This document shows, in pieces, positions 43,059 to 54,375 of a stretch of DNA of 64,000 nucleotides. The position numbers and the translations under genes are program-made. The notes beneath the pieces were generated by a model, which was not told the DNA's origin, ran no database searches, and saw only the letters and a list, made by a program, of their open reading frames with translations. This stretch comes from Escherichia coli (GTDB lineage: Bacteria; Pseudomonadota; Gammaproteobacteria; Enterobacterales; Enterobacteriaceae). The stretch lies in assembly GCF_003790525.1 (NCBI RefSeq), contig NZ_CP033635.1; one strand, written 5' to 3'. How positions within the stretch are numbered: the stretch's first letter is position 1; every line of letters starts with the position of its first letter.

Positions 43059-43568
43059 TTAATGATACAAATTAGAGTGAATTTTTAGCCCGGAAAGTTG
43101 TCTCGTTGCGTGAGAGGAAGCGCTTACCGGACGCATAATAAACCCCATAGCGTTACCTTCATTTGCCGCATCAACAAGTTCAGCATGCTCTTCTTCAGTC
43201 AAATCATCTGCCAACCAACCGATCACCACACTGTAATTGCCCGTGCGTAAAGCGCGAACCATTGACTCCACGGTGTGGCAAGGGGAGAGCTGGCTAATCT
43301 GCATTACTTTCGTTAAGGGTAGCCCAGATGCCTGAACCCATTCGCGACTCAGTTTTTGTTGCGGTGTTAACCAGAGTTGCCAGCGCGATTGCTGACCGAG
43401 TTGCTGTAACAATGGCAACAGTAGAAGTTGCGTCATCATGGGCTGATCTTCGCGATAGACAACTTCACTGATAAGCCCGGCTGTAGTGTTTTCCGTAGAG
43501 ACACGCGCAATTTTACTTGCTGCGGATGAGAACGACGAAGAACGATGTGCATAGCCTGAAGTGTACAT
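43059..43568 (-). CDS. sulA: SOS cell division inhibitor SulA, 169 aa
   Basis: Matches SulA from [41 protein letters not shown]. Confidence 0.94.
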
Positions 43569-43590
43569 AATCAATCCAGCCCCTGTGAGT

Positions 43591-43610
43591 TACTGTATGA
43601 ATGTACAGTA
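43591..43610 (-). promoter_or_regulatory. LexA (SOS) box in the sulA promoter
   Basis: tactgtatgaatgtacagta: a perfect CTGT-N8-ACAG palindrome with TA-rich spacer, 23-42 bp upstream of the sulA ATG. Confidence 0.85.
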
Positions 43611-43786
43611 CATCCAGTGACAACAAAGATCAACCCTATTTTCGGAAAGAGCCTCGCAAATTTTGTCGTTGGTGACGGGAAAACATAAATTAATCTTGCC
43701 CCTTAAGAATAAGTTGCCTATTTTCGTAGTTAACGGATCCGTTAATGTGAATCATTCTTTTATGTTATGATTTTAAAAGGAATTTT

Positions 43787-44416
43787 ATGAAAAGCCTCTC
43801 CTATAAGCGGATCTATAAATCACAAGAATACCTGGCAACGTTGGGCACAATTGAATACCGATCATTGTTTGGTAGTTACAGCCTGACTGTTGACGACACG
43901 GTGTTTGCGATGGTTTCTGATGGTGAGTTGTATCTTCGGGCTTGTGAGCAAAGTGCACAGTACTGTGTAAAACATCCGCCTGTCTGGCTGACATATAAAA
44001 AGTGTGGCCGATCCGTTACCCTCAATTACTATCGAGTTGATGAAAGTCTATGGCGAAATCAACTGAAGCTGGTGCGTCTGTCGAAATATTCTCTCGATGC
44101 AGCGCTGAAAGAGAAAAGCACGCGCAATACCCGGGAAAGACTGAAAGATTTGCCCAATATGTCTTTTCATCTGGAAGCGATTCTCGGGGAGGTGGGGATT
44201 AAGGATGTACGGGCGTTACGTATACTTGGGGCAAAAATGTGTTGGTTGCGACTGCGGCAGCAAAACAGTCTGGTGACAGAAAAGATTCTGTTTATGCTTG
44301 AAGGGGCCATTATCGGCATTCATGAAGCTGCGCTCCCGGTGGCTCGCCGCCAGGAGCTTGCAGAATGGGCTGACTCTCTTACGCCGAAACAGGAGTTTCC
44401 TGCGGAACTTGAGTAA
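43787..44416 (+). CDS. sxy: Competence regulator Sxy (TfoX), 209 aa
   Basis: Matches Sxy/TfoX in length and sequence. Confidence 0.92.
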   Translation: MKSLSYKRIYKSQEYLATLGTIEYRSLFGSYSLTVDDTVFAMVSDGELYLRACEQSAQYCVKHPPVWLTYKKCGRSVTLNYYRVDESLWRNQLKLVRLSKYSLDAALKEKSTRNTRERLKDLPNMSFHLEAILGEVGIKDVRALRILGAKMCWLRLRQQNSLVTEKILFMLEGAIIGIHEAALPVARRQELAEWADSLTPKQEFPAELE

Positions 44417-46532
44417 TCTGGCGTTGCAGACGACCAATCTCTGGCAGTAATGCAATCAATAACCCAACTTGTTGTACGACCAGAGGTTCTTTGCTGTCTG
44501 CCCGTGGTTCAAGTTGCTGCATCCGCTGTTTCAGGCCAGCTAATGCCTGATTGACGCGTTCTTCATCAGCAGGTTGATGATGTAACGCGTCATCAACATA
44601 GCAAACTGCGTCATCAAGAAACGCCAGAATTTCAGGATTAGTTAACTGCTCCCGGTGAGCACCGAGGGCTGAGATATAGCTGGTAAACGTATGGTTAAGG
44701 CACAGCAACCGAAACGCGGCCTCGCGAATTTGCGGGGTAACGTTCGGCTCGCTGGACATATTTGATACCACCGACGCCAGTTCAGCATCACGGTTGTGTG
44801 CATCGCGGCGGGCAATACGATACGCCAGACGGTTATCACGCCCCTGATGGTATTGCTCCAGTATGGCATCGAGATAGCGACAGTTGGCCTCGGTGGCACG
44901 TTCGAGCATGCGCGGCAGATTGCGAAACTTCCAGTCAGGCCAGATGTAGCTCACCGCCGCCCACGCAATGGCACAACCAATCAGCGTATCGATTACGCGA
45001 GGTAACGCCACTTCAAAACCTTCACCCAGCAAGTTAAAACAAAGTAGCACCAAAAGTGTGATGAACATCGTTGCATGGGCATATTGCACGTTACGGAAGG
45101 CAAAAAAGAGCACGCCGGTAATAACCAGCAGCACCAGCTGCCCTTCCAGTGACGGCACAAACCACAGCACAGGAATGCCAATCGCGATACCTACCAGCGT
45201 ACCAATAATCCTTAATTTCAGGCGGTGGCGCGTGGCGTTATAGTTTGGCTGGCAGACAAACAAACTTGTCAGCAAGATCCAATACCCGTGATGCAGTCCG
45301 GTTATCTGAATGATGGCGTAGCCGAAGCACAACACCAGCGACATTCTTACCGCATGACGGAAGAGGGCGGATTCCGGCGTGAAGTGACGGCTAAGACGCA
45401 GCCAGATATCACTCAATCCGTGCGGGCTGTCATCAGCGAGCTCATTTTCGTCATCATTATGGGGCAGTGCCTGGGCCTGTTCTGATTCAATTGTTGCCAG
45501 TTGGGCATCAATGGCACGTAAATTGTTCAGTAAAAATCCCAGTGTTTTGAGTAAATCAGCAGGCGCGCCGTTATCGCGCATCCGCTCCAGCGCAGCATCA
45601 ATATGCGTAAAAGCGCGCTCAAAATGCGGATCATGTTGATAAGGCTGACGCAGCAAAATACAGCGTGACAGTTGCTGGCACGCCTGGCCCTGCATCGACA
45701 TCAGCCGCTGAAAACGGAACAGCACGTCGCTGTGGCGAAAATGTTCACGCAATGTTTGATACTGAATATGAGAAGAGCTGGCACGCTCGTGAATATCCTG
45801 CGCGACAAAGTAATAATGCAGTGTGCGACGCGTTCCCCGTTGACCACGATCGCCACGTAAGCGGGTCAGCAGCGAGAGTTTCGTCTGATTCAATGTCGCC
45901 ATCAGCTGACCGTTGGCGAGAGCCAAATCGTACAGCGGTGCCTGGCTTTCATCTTCAATATCAGGATCAAACATGCGCGACTTGAGCTCAAGATAACGCG
46001 CCAGTTGTTCATAGCAACGCGCCAGGTTGTCCTGCAGCGGGCGGACCGGGAACAGTAGATGACCAATAAGTGTCAGGACGTTGTACCAGACGGCACCGGC
46101 CAGCAGATACATCGGCTGCTGATACCAGTGCTCATACAGTGACGTCCCCAACATAGTGTAAATGGCGATCAGTAACGCACCGAAGGCAATTGTTGCATAG
46201 CGTTGACCCAGACCGCCGAGCAAAATGAAGCCGCTGGTTGAGAGCGTTAAGCCAATCGCAAATAGCCAGGGCCAGGGAAACAGCAGTTCTACTGAGGCCG
46301 AGGCGATAAAAAAGCAGAACAGCGTAATGATGAGGTTACGCAAACGTCCCGCCAGTCGGTCATCGAGATCGGTCAGCGCCGCTGCCACCATCCCCAGCGT
46401 CAGCGGAATCGTCAGTTTTACATCACCCAGCCACCACGGAAACGCTGTGGTTCCACAAAGCGCAATAAAAATACGCGCGTAATACAGCCAGGCGCTGTTC
46501 CAGGTATAGCGTTTGAGCAAAGGACTTAGCAT
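44379..46532 (-). CDS. yccS: Inner membrane protein YccS (FUSC/ArAE-like duplicated transporter-type protein), about 717 aa
   Basis: Two membrane-spanning modules separated by a soluble region; 3' end overlaps the convergent sxy by 38 nt; start taken at MLSPLLKRYTWNSAW. Confidence 0.88.
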   Translation of the reverse strand: MLSPLLKRYTWNSAWLYYARIFIALCGTTAFPWWLGDVKLTIPLTLGMVAAALTDLDDRLAGRLRNLIITLFCFFIASASVELLFPWPWLFAIGLTLSTSGFILLGGLGQRYATIAFGALLIAIYTMLGTSLYEHWYQQPMYLLAGAVWYNVLTLIGHLLFPVRPLQDNLARCYEQLARYLELKSRMFDPDIEDESQAPLYDLALANGQLMATLNQTKLSLLTRLRGDRGQRGTRRTLHYYFVAQDIHERASSSHIQYQTLREHFRHSDVLFRFQRLMSMQGQACQQLSRCILLRQPYQHDPHFERAFTHIDAALERMRDNGAPADLLKTLGFLLNNLRAIDAQLATIESEQAQALPHNDDENELADDSPHGLSDIWLRLSRHFTPESALFRHAVRMSLVLCFGYAIIQITGLHHGYWILLTSLFVCQPNYNATRHRLKLRIIGTLVGIAIGIPVLWFVPSLEGQLVLLVITGVLFFAFRNVQYAHATMFITLLVLLCFNLLGEGFEVALPRVIDTLIGCAIAWAAVSYIWPDWKFRNLPRMLERATEANCRYLDAILEQYHQGRDNRLAYRIARRDAHNRDAELASVVSNMSSEPNVTPQIREAAFRLLCLNHTFTSYISALGAHREQLTNPEILAFLDDAVCYVDDALHHQPADEERVNQALAGLKQRMQQLEPRADSKEPLVVQQVGLLIALLPEIGRLQRQITQVPQETPVSA

Positions 46533-46550
46533 AAAGGCCATATTAGTGGA

Positions 46551-46997
46551 TTATTCAAAACGACGACGTGCATTGGCTTCACGCGCAGCTTGCGCTGTTT
46601 CTACCGATACCACGCGACGACCGACCGGCCATAGTGCAATAGCGGCAATTTTAAAGTTCGCAATGCCGACAGGAATGCCAATGATGGAAATACATTGTGC
46701 GATGCCCGTTGCAATGTGCATCAGGCATAACCACCAGCCAAAGAAAATCAGCCAGAAAATATTCAATACCGTACCGCCAGTATTTAGCAGCACATTTTTG
46801 CCAGCCGGGTTCAGTTCATCGACATGAATAGCTTCATTGCCATAAGGCACCAGAGACAGTTTAGTGATCTCCCAGCAGGATCGTGTCAGCGGTAAGGTAA
46901 AAATCAGCACAATACTGACCAGAGTCGCCAACAGCCAGCCCAGAGTGGTGGCAAATCCGCCAAGCACAAAGTTCAGAATGTTCAAAACGGTACGCAT
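46551..46997 (-). CDS. yccF: Small inner membrane protein YccF, 148 aa
   Basis: Hydrophobic 148-aa protein; stop lies 19 bp upstream of the yccS start, so probably co-transcribed. Confidence 0.88.
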   Translation of the reverse strand: MRTVLNILNFVLGGFATTLGWLLATLVSIVLIFTLPLTRSCWEITKLSLVPYGNEAIHVDELNPAGKNVLLNTGGTVLNIFWLIFFGWWLCLMHIATGIAQCISIIGIPVGIANFKIAAIALWPVGRRVVSVETAQAAREANARRRFE

Positions 46998-47119
46998 AAA
47001 ACCTCGCTTTACTGTGGTTTTCAGTAATGGGCGGCAATTGTAACGTTTTTTTGGGCTGGAGCACGTTTTCTCTGACGGTTACACTGATAAGAAATCATTT
47101 CGTGTGGATCTACAGAGTC

Positions 47120-49174
47120 ATGGAACTGAAAGCGACAACGCTTGGAAAACGTCTGGCACAGCACCCTTACGATCGGGCGGTGATCCTCAATGCCGGGATT
47201 AAAGTCTCCGGCGATCGCCACGAATACCTTATTCCTTTTAATCAATTACTGGCGATTCACTGTAAGCGCGGTCTGGTATGGGGCGAGCTGGAATTTGTAC
47301 TGCCGGACGAAAAAGTGGTGCGTCTGCACGGCACCGAATGGGGCGAGACGCAGCGTTTTTACCATCATCTTGATACTCACTGGCGGCGGTGGAGTGGGGA
47401 GATGAGCGAAATTGCGTCTGGCGTTTTACGTCAGCAACTGGATTTGATTGCCACGCGCACCGGAGAAAATAAATGGCTGACGCGTGAGCAAACCTCTGGT
47501 GTGCAGCAACAAATCCGCCAGGCTTTGTCGGCGTTGCCGTTGCCGGTTAACCGACTGGAAGAATTCGATAACTGCCGTGAGGCGTGGCGTAAATGTCAGG
47601 CCTGGTTGAAGGACATTGAAGGCGCTCGGTTGCAGCATAATCAGGCGTATACCGAAGCCATGCTTACCGAGTATGCGGATTTTTTCCGCCAGGTCGAGTC
47701 TTCACCGCTGAATCCGGCGCAGGCCCGGGCAGTCGTTAATGGCGAGCATTCTTTGTTAGTGCTGGCTGGTGCAGGAAGCGGAAAAACGTCGGTGCTGGTG
47801 GCCCGTGCAGGCTGGTTGCTGGCACGTGGTGAAGCGTCCCCTGAGCAAATTTTATTGCTGGCGTTTGGTCGCAAAGCCGCTGAAGAGATGGACGAGCGTA
47901 TTCGCGAACGGCTACATACCGAAGACATTACCGCACGCACATTTCATGCGCTGGCGCTGCATATTATTCAGCAGGGCAGCAAAAAAGTTCCGATAGTCAG
48001 CAAACTGGAAAATGATACCGCTGCCCGTCATGAACTTTTTATTGCTGAGTGGCGCAAGCAATGCAGCGAAAAGAAAGCGCAGGCGAAGGGCTGGCGGCAA
48101 TGGCTGACGGAAGAAATGCAGTGGTCAGTGCCAGAAGGTAACTTCTGGGATGATGAAAAATTACAGCGTCGTCTTGCCTCACGCCTCGATCGTTGGGTAA
48201 GTCTGATGCGGATGCACGGTGGTGCACAGGCAGAAATGATTGCCAGTGCACCCGAAGAGATTCGCGATCTGTTCAGTAAACGTATCAAGTTGATGGCTCC
48301 GTTATTAAAAGCCTGGAAAGGTGCGCTGAAGGCAGAAAACGCTGTCGATTTTTCGGGCCTTATTCACCAGGCGATTGTGATTCTGGAGAAAGGTCGCTTT
48401 ATCAGCCCGTGGAAGCATATTCTGGTTGATGAATTTCAGGATATCTCGCCGCAGCGCGCAGCGTTGTTAGCGGCATTACGCAAGCAAAACAGTCAGACGA
48501 CGTTGTTCGCCGTTGGTGATGACTGGCAGGCGATTTATCGCTTCAGCGGTGCGCAAATGTCGCTCACCACCGCTTTCCATGAAAACTTTGGTGAAGGTGA
48601 TCGCTGCGATTTAGACACGACTTACCGTTTTAACAGTCGTATCGGTGAGGTGGCAAACCGGTTTATTCAGCAGAACCCAGGCCAGCTGAAAAAGCCGCTA
48701 AACAGCTTAACCAATGGAGACAAAAAAGCCGTCACGTTATTGGATGAGAGTCAACTTGACGCTTTGCTGGATAAGCTCTCTGGTTATGCCAAACCGGAAG
48801 AGCGCATTCTGATCCTGGCGCGTTACCATCACATGAGGCCTGCCAGCCTGGAAAAAGCGGCAACACGCTGGCCGAAGTTGCAAATCGACTTTATGACCAT
48901 TCATGCCAGCAAAGGGCAACAGGCGGATTACGTCATCATCGTTGGCTTGCAGGAGGGGAGTGATGGTTTTCCGGCTGCGGCGCGGGAGTCGATTATGGAA
49001 GAGGCGCTACTGCCACCGGTTGAGGATTTCCCGGACGCTGAAGAACGGCGGTTAATGTACGTGGCGCTGACCCGGGCACGCCATCGGGTATGGGCACTGT
49101 TTAACAAAGAGAATCCCTCTCCCTTTGTGGAAATACTGAAAAATCTGGATGTGCCGGTGGCGAGAAAACCGTAA
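47120..49174 (+). CDS. helD: DNA helicase IV, 684 aa
   Basis: UvrD-like SF1 helicase with Walker A GAGSGKTSVL; start placed at MELKATTLGKRLAQHPYDRAVILNAG. Confidence 0.93.
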   Translation: MELKATTLGKRLAQHPYDRAVILNAGIKVSGDRHEYLIPFNQLLAIHCKRGLVWGELEFVLPDEKVVRLHGTEWGETQRFYHHLDTHWRRWSGEMSEIASGVLRQQLDLIATRTGENKWLTREQTSGVQQQIRQALSALPLPVNRLEEFDNCREAWRKCQAWLKDIEGARLQHNQAYTEAMLTEYADFFRQVESSPLNPAQARAVVNGEHSLLVLAGAGSGKTSVLVARAGWLLARGEASPEQILLLAFGRKAAEEMDERIRERLHTEDITARTFHALALHIIQQGSKKVPIVSKLENDTAARHELFIAEWRKQCSEKKAQAKGWRQWLTEEMQWSVPEGNFWDDEKLQRRLASRLDRWVSLMRMHGGAQAEMIASAPEEIRDLFSKRIKLMAPLLKAWKGALKAENAVDFSGLIHQAIVILEKGRFISPWKHILVDEFQDISPQRAALLAALRKQNSQTTLFAVGDDWQAIYRFSGAQMSLTTAFHENFGEGDRCDLDTTYRFNSRIGEVANRFIQQNPGQLKKPLNSLTNGDKKAVTLLDESQLDALLDKLSGYAKPEERILILARYHHMRPASLEKAATRWPKLQIDFMTIHASKGQQADYVIIVGLQEGSDGFPAAARESIMEEALLPPVEDFPDAEERRLMYVALTRARHRVWALFNKENPSPFVEILKNLDVPVARKP

Positions 49175-49205
49175 GAAACAGGTGGCGTTTGCCACCTGTG
49201 CAATA

Positions 49206-49664
49206 TTACTTCAGACGGTCCGCGAGATAACGCTGATAATCGGGGATCAGAATATCGACCGCGTCGTTGAAATGCGGCGACTGGATAATGAAGTCTGCCG
49301 TTGCCACGTTGGTGGCAACCGGAATGTTCCATACCGTCGCCAGACGCAGCAAGGCTTTCACGTCAGGATCGTGCGGAACGGCATTTAGTGGGTCCCAGAA
49401 GAAAATCAATACATCAATTTTCCCTTCTGAGATCAATGCGCCAACCTGCTGGTCACCCCCCATTGGGCCACTCAACATCGCGTTGACGTTCATGCCGGTT
49501 GCACGGGAAATCAAGTTACCGGTAGTGCCTGTTGCATACAGTACGTGTTGTTCCAGTAACGGTTGATGTCGTTCCACCCAGCTCATCAGCATTTGTTTGC
49601 AGTGATCGTGTGCCACCAGCGCAATATGTTTCCGCGCAGGTAAAGTGCGTGTCGTCAGTTCCAT
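49206..49664 (-). CDS. mgsA: Methylglyoxal synthase, 152 aa
   Basis: Matches MgsA from [23 protein letters not shown]. Confidence 0.94.
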
Positions 49665-49760
49665 AATGTTACATCCGTAGTTAACTTTCCTACAGATTAC
49701 TGTAAGCACTTATCGCTGCAAGATAAAGACCGAAAAAGCCTGCGCACAGGCACAAAAATC

Positions 49761-50423
49761 TCAGGAAGATGGTTGTTTTTCCGCCCATTGCAGGAAAGTA
49801 TTTCGCGTTTGTGGGTCAGCCAGTTTAAACCAATACTTCAGCCGTTGTTCTGTGAGCACCTGAGACTGCGGTGGAATAGCATCCAGCTCGGAAACACCCG
49901 AAAGCAGCGTACTGTCATCTGCCATCATCGTGGCAAATTGCGGTAGTGAAGCGCGTTTCGCGGATTTGTTATAGCGTTCAACCTCGACCTCATAATCAAT
50001 CGTTTTTGCCGTTGAGGTAATGGCGAGAATATCCAGCTTTACCGGAATCGGCGTCGCATCGCCATCCAACAATTCAAGGCGCGGCGCGGCATCAAAATGG
50101 TTAGCTTCCCGCTCATTCTCCAGACGAGGCAGGCGAAAATTGACCTGGTTGATGAGCTGGGTATTAAAACTGACCACCAGCGGTGGGGAGATATACAGCC
50201 GTTCTTCACTATTGGAAAGATGAATCGTCTTCTCAACGCGAAACACTAACTGATGCGGTCCGTTATCCAGTTCAATGCTGTCCGCACCGCGCAGCAGAGA
50301 GCTGGAAACCTTTTTACCGTCGAGTACCAGAAGATCGACATCGGTTGAAAGCCGCAGCGTGGTGGCAAAAACGGATACCGGCAAACATAATGCAATCAAG
50401 GTGGTCACGATGCCGGTTTTCAT
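49761..50423 (-). CDS. yccT: Secreted protein of unknown function YccT (DUF2057), 220 aa
   Basis: N-terminal signal peptide [20 protein letters not shown]; length matches YccT. Confidence 0.88.
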
Positions 50424-50595
50424 AGGTAGCTCCTGTCAAAAGACCGCCCGAATAATAATGTGTCAAAATTTTTCTTTAATCATACTTACTAACATATAGA
50501 CATATTTCCCGCTTTTGCTCTCATTCATTCGTATTAGCTGCATGGTTGGCATGTCGGCTTTGTCGTACACTTTGTTAAACAGTCTGGAGGAAATA

Positions 50596-51009
50596 ATGAA
50601 AGAAACCGATATTGCAGGCATTTTAACGTCCACTCACACCATTGCGCTGGTGGGGGCAAGCGACAAACCCGATCGTCCCAGCTATCGCGTGATGAAATAT
50701 CTACTCGACCAGGGGTATCACGTCATTCCGGTTTCGCCAAAAGTTGCCGGCAAAACACTGCTGGGCCAGCAGGGGTATGGCACGCTGGCAGAAGTTCCTG
50801 AAAAAGTCGATATGGTCGATGTTTTCCGGAATTCAGAAGCGGCGTGGGGCGTAGCGCAGGAAGCTATTGCCATTGGCGCGAAAACCCTCTGGATGCAACT
50901 GGGGGTGATTAATGAGCAAGCGGCAGTACTGGCACGGGATGCCGGGTTAAATGTAGTGATGGATCGCTGCCCGGCTATTGAGATCCCTCGCCTGGGCCTG
51001 GCCAAATAA
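50596..51009 (+). CDS. yccU: CoA-binding domain protein YccU, 137 aa
   Basis: Rossmann-like CoA-binding sequence ([15 protein letters not shown]); start placed at [10 protein letters not shown]. Confidence 0.88.
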   Translation: MKETDIAGILTSTHTIALVGASDKPDRPSYRVMKYLLDQGYHVIPVSPKVAGKTLLGQQGYGTLAEVPEKVDMVDVFRNSEAAWGVAQEAIAIGAKTLWMQLGVINEQAAVLARDAGLNVVMDRCPAIEIPRLGLAK

Positions 51010-51046
51010 AAAATCCCCGGAAGGCAAAAACCTTCCGGGGATTTGT
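51009..51046. terminator. Bidirectional terminator between convergent yccU and hspQ
   Basis: 12-bp stem atccccggaagg / ccttccggggat with A-run and T-run flanks. Confidence 0.75.
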
Positions 51047-51053
51047 TCAGGGA

Positions 51054-51428
<375 letters not shown>

Positions 51429-52619
51429 TTACATGACGCGACAGGCAAACCCTTTCAGATATAGCCCTTCCGGATAGGTAGCGATCACCGGATGATCGGC
51501 TGCCTGACGGAACTGCTCTATAAATTGTACATCACGACCGGCATCAATTGCGGCATCTGCGATGATTTTCTGAAATAAATCGCTGGTCATCAGGCCAGAA
51601 CAGGAGAAAGTCAGGAGAACTCCGCCTTCATTCAGCAACTGAATCGCCAGCATGTTGATGTCTTTATAGCCACGACACGCGCCCATCAACTGGCTTTTAT
51701 TCTCAACAAACTTCGGCGGGTCCATCACGATAACGTCAAATTTTTCACCGCGATCGCGATAGGTACGCAGCAATTTAAAGACATCATCACGGACAAACTC
51801 AGCCTTGCTCAGATCCAGTTTGTTCAGCTCAACGTTCTGCCGTGCAATATCCAGGGCTTCCTGGGAGGTATCAACGCTGACAACCTGGCTGCAACCGCCC
51901 ATCAGTGCCGATACGGCGAAACCACCGGTATAGGAGAAACAGTTCAGTACGCGTTTATTTTCAACGTAGCGGCGGGTAGCCAGGCGGCTATCACGCTGAT
52001 CCAGGTAGTAGCCCGTTTTGTGTCCGTGCTGTATGTCCACCAGCAGCTTCATGCCGTGTTCTTCAATCGGCAGCAGGGCAGGCGGCAACTCGCCGGTGAC
52101 GGGGCCCTGGGTCAGCTCCATCCCTTCTTTTTTACGTACCGCAACATCGCTGCGATCGTAAATCGCACATTCCGGGTACAGCGTTTGCAGGGCACTAATT
52201 AATGCCGCGCGCTGATACTCTGCGCCAGCACTCAGCAGTTGCAGCACCAGAAAATTACCGAAACGATCGATAGTAATACCCGGCAGGCCATCAGATTCTC
52301 CGGCGATTAAACGATAGCTGTTGAGGCCATCTTTTTGCGCCAGCCAGTCACGCCATTTTTGTGCTTGTTGTAAACGTCGGGTAAAAAAAGCAATGTCGAT
52401 AGACTCAGACGGGTCAAACGTCCAGACGCGCGCCCGGATTTGCGAAGCTGGCGAATAAGCGCCGCGTGCTAACCATTTTCCCTGATGATCAACAATATCG
52501 ATGGTTTCACCGAGGCTGGCTTTACCTTCCATGCGGGCAACGGCCCCGGAAAAGATCCACGGATGGCGACGAAGTAATGATTTTTCGCGCCCTTTGGCTA
52601 ACACTAAACGTACACTCAT
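51429..52619 (-). CDS. rlmI: 23S rRNA m5C1962 methyltransferase RlmI (YccW), 396 aa
   Basis: PUA plus SAM-dependent methyltransferase domains; matches RlmI. Confidence 0.92.
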   Translation of the reverse strand: MSVRLVLAKGREKSLLRRHPWIFSGAVARMEGKASLGETIDIVDHQGKWLARGAYSPASQIRARVWTFDPSESIDIAFFTRRLQQAQKWRDWLAQKDGLNSYRLIAGESDGLPGITIDRFGNFLVLQLLSAGAEYQRAALISALQTLYPECAIYDRSDVAVRKKEGMELTQGPVTGELPPALLPIEEHGMKLLVDIQHGHKTGYYLDQRDSRLATRRYVENKRVLNCFSYTGGFAVSALMGGCSQVVSVDTSQEALDIARQNVELNKLDLSKAEFVRDDVFKLLRTYRDRGEKFDVIVMDPPKFVENKSQLMGACRGYKDINMLAIQLLNEGGVLLTFSCSGLMTSDLFQKIIADAAIDAGRDVQFIEQFRQAADHPVIATYPEGLYLKGFACRVM

Positions 52620-52713
52620 AATTTACTTTTCTGTCGATGCAAAGAAATGGGCGTCATTGTCCGGAGTTTTCCATGGATTTGCAACGCGTCCATTAAGGAT
52701 AAGGAGAGCAGCA

Positions 52714-52992
52714 ATGTCGAAAGTCTGCATAATTGCCTGGGTTTACGGGCGAGTTCAGGGCGTAGGATTCCGCTACACCACGCAGTACGAAGCGAAAAAA
52801 CTGGGACTAACCGGGTACGCCAAAAATCTTGACGATGGCAGCGTGGAAGTGGTTGCCTGCGGTGAAGAAGGGCAGGTAGAAAAATTAATGCAGTGGTTAA
52901 AAAGTGGCGGCCCGCGTTCTGCGCGTGTAGAACGGGTGCTCAGCGAGCCGCATCATCCCTCGGGGGAATTAACCGATTTTCGTATCCATTAA
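52714..52992 (+). CDS. acyP: Acylphosphatase (YccX), 92 aa
   Basis: Acylphosphatase signature (VQGVGFRY...GYAKN); start placed at [16 protein letters not shown]. Confidence 0.9.
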   Translation: MSKVCIIAWVYGRVQGVGFRYTTQYEAKKLGLTGYAKNLDDGSVEVVACGEEGQVEKLMQWLKSGGPRSARVERVLSEPHHPSGELTDFRIH

Positions 52993-53318
52993 ATACATTT
53001 TACCGGTTTTGGCAGGCCAGCAATTTTGGTGGCTTGCTTAGCCGGACCTTTCGGAAACAGTCGGTATAAATAGCGGCTGTTACCTTTTTCTTCGCCAAAT
53101 TTATTCGCCATCGCTTTTACCAGCATACGAATCGCCGGAGAAGTATTGAATTCCAGATAGAAATCACGCACAAAACGCACCACTTCCCAGTGTTCTGGCG
53201 ACAGCGCAATCCCTTCGTTCTCTGCAATCACCACCGCCAGTGGCTCACTCCACTGGCTGCTTTCTTTGAGATAGCCTTCGGTATCCGTTTCTATCTCTTT
53301 ACCTTCGAAGATCAGCAT
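52989..53318 (-). CDS. tusE: Sulfurtransferase TusE (YccK), DsrC-like, 109 aa
   Basis: DsrC-family sequence with conserved C-terminal cysteine; stop overlaps the acyP stop. Confidence 0.9.
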   Translation of the reverse strand: MLIFEGKEIETDTEGYLKESSQWSEPLAVVIAENEGIALSPEHWEVVRFVRDFYLEFNTSPAIRMLVKAMANKFGEEKGNSRYLYRLFPKGPAKQATKIAGLPKPVKCI

Positions 53319-53409
53319 AATTCTTTACTACCTTAATCAGACTGGCGGCAGTGTAACAAAAAACAAAGCCCCGCATAAAGCGAGGCTATGAAAGTGTTAG
53401 CGGGTGAGA

Positions 53410-54069
53410 TTAATCGCGGCTGGCGAAGCCCAGAATGCTCAGCAGGCTGACGAAGATGTTGTACAGCGAAACATACAGGCTAACCGTGGCACGAATATAG
53501 TTCGTTTCACCGCCATGAATGATGTTGCTGGTTTCAAACAAAATAGCGCCAGAGGAGATCAGAATGAAGACCGCGCTGATCGCCAGATGCAGGGCAGGCA
53601 GCTGCAGGAAGATATTAGCAACCATACCAATCAGCACCACCACAATACCCGCCATCAGCATACCGCCAAGGAACGACATATCTTTGCGGGTGGTCAGCAC
53701 ATACGCAGAGCAGCAGAAGAACACTAACGCCGTTCCGCCCAGTGCCATAGCGATTACGTCACCCATTCCGGCAGACAGGTAGGTGTTCAGAATTGGTCCG
53801 AGGATATATCCCAGAAAACCGGTAAAGGCGAATGCGGAGATAATCCCGGTCGGCTTATTCGCCGTTTTATAGGTCAGGAACATCAAACCATACATACCCA
53901 CCAGCGTCAGAATCAGACCCGGAGATGGCAGCATCAGCACCGTACTGGCAGTTGCGGTAATCGCCGAAAAGGCCAGCGTCAGGCTCAGCAGAAAATAGGT
54001 ATTACGCAGCACCTTATGGGTGCTAAGCAGTGATGTACGGTCATGTGAAGAACTAACAATACGATCCAT
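53410..54069 (-). CDS. yccA: Bax-inhibitor-1 family inner membrane protein YccA (FtsH modulator), 219 aa
   Basis: Seven-helix BI-1-like membrane protein; matches YccA. Confidence 0.92.
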   Translation of the reverse strand: MDRIVSSSHDRTSLLSTHKVLRNTYFLLSLTLAFSAITATASTVLMLPSPGLILTLVGMYGLMFLTYKTANKPTGIISAFAFTGFLGYILGPILNTYLSAGMGDVIAMALGGTALVFFCCSAYVLTTRKDMSFLGGMLMAGIVVVLIGMVANIFLQLPALHLAISAVFILISSGAILFETSNIIHGGETNYIRATVSLYVSLYNIFVSLLSILGFASRD

Positions 54070-54240
54070 TGAGTCACTCTCTATGACAGATGTAATTAAT
54101 TAAGCAGCATAATGATAATGCGTAAGGGCACCCAGAAGTTTTACCCATCTTTACGCATTTGATCTGGAACAGGTTTAACAGCGGATTATCAGGTCATTAA
54201 GCAAATATAACGCCCTGAGAATTTCGACAGGCAAAAGAAA

Positions 54241-54275
54241 AAGGGGTTAGCATTTAGCTAACCCCTTATCTTATT
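54241..54275 (-). terminator. Intrinsic terminator of serT
   Basis: Hairpin aaggggttagc...gctaacccctt immediately 3' of the tRNA on the minus strand, followed by a T-rich run. Confidence 0.65.
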
Positions 54276-54363
54276 TGGCGGAAGCGCAGAGATTCGAACT
54301 CTGGAACCCTTTCGGGTCGCCGGTTTTCAAGACCGGTGCCTTCAACCGCTCGGCCACACTTCC
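54276..54363 (-). tRNA. serT: tRNA-Ser (UGA anticodon), 88 nt, class II tRNA with long variable arm
   Basis: Minus-strand sequence GGAAGTGTGGCCGAGCGGTTGAAGGCACCGGTCTTGAAAACCGGCGACCCGAAAGGGTTCCAGAGTTCGAATCTCTGCGCTTCCGCCA: acceptor stem pairs, anticodon loop CT-TGA-AA, encoded CCA end. Confidence 0.93.
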
Positions 54364-54375
54364 GGAATGACGCGC

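Noticed and set aside
42857-43075. 72-aa TTG-initiated plus-strand ORF in the sulA-ompA intergenic region
   Set aside because: Non-ATG start without a convincing RBS, lying antisense to the ompA promoter and 5' UTR; lysine-rich translation consistent with an AT-rich non-coding region.
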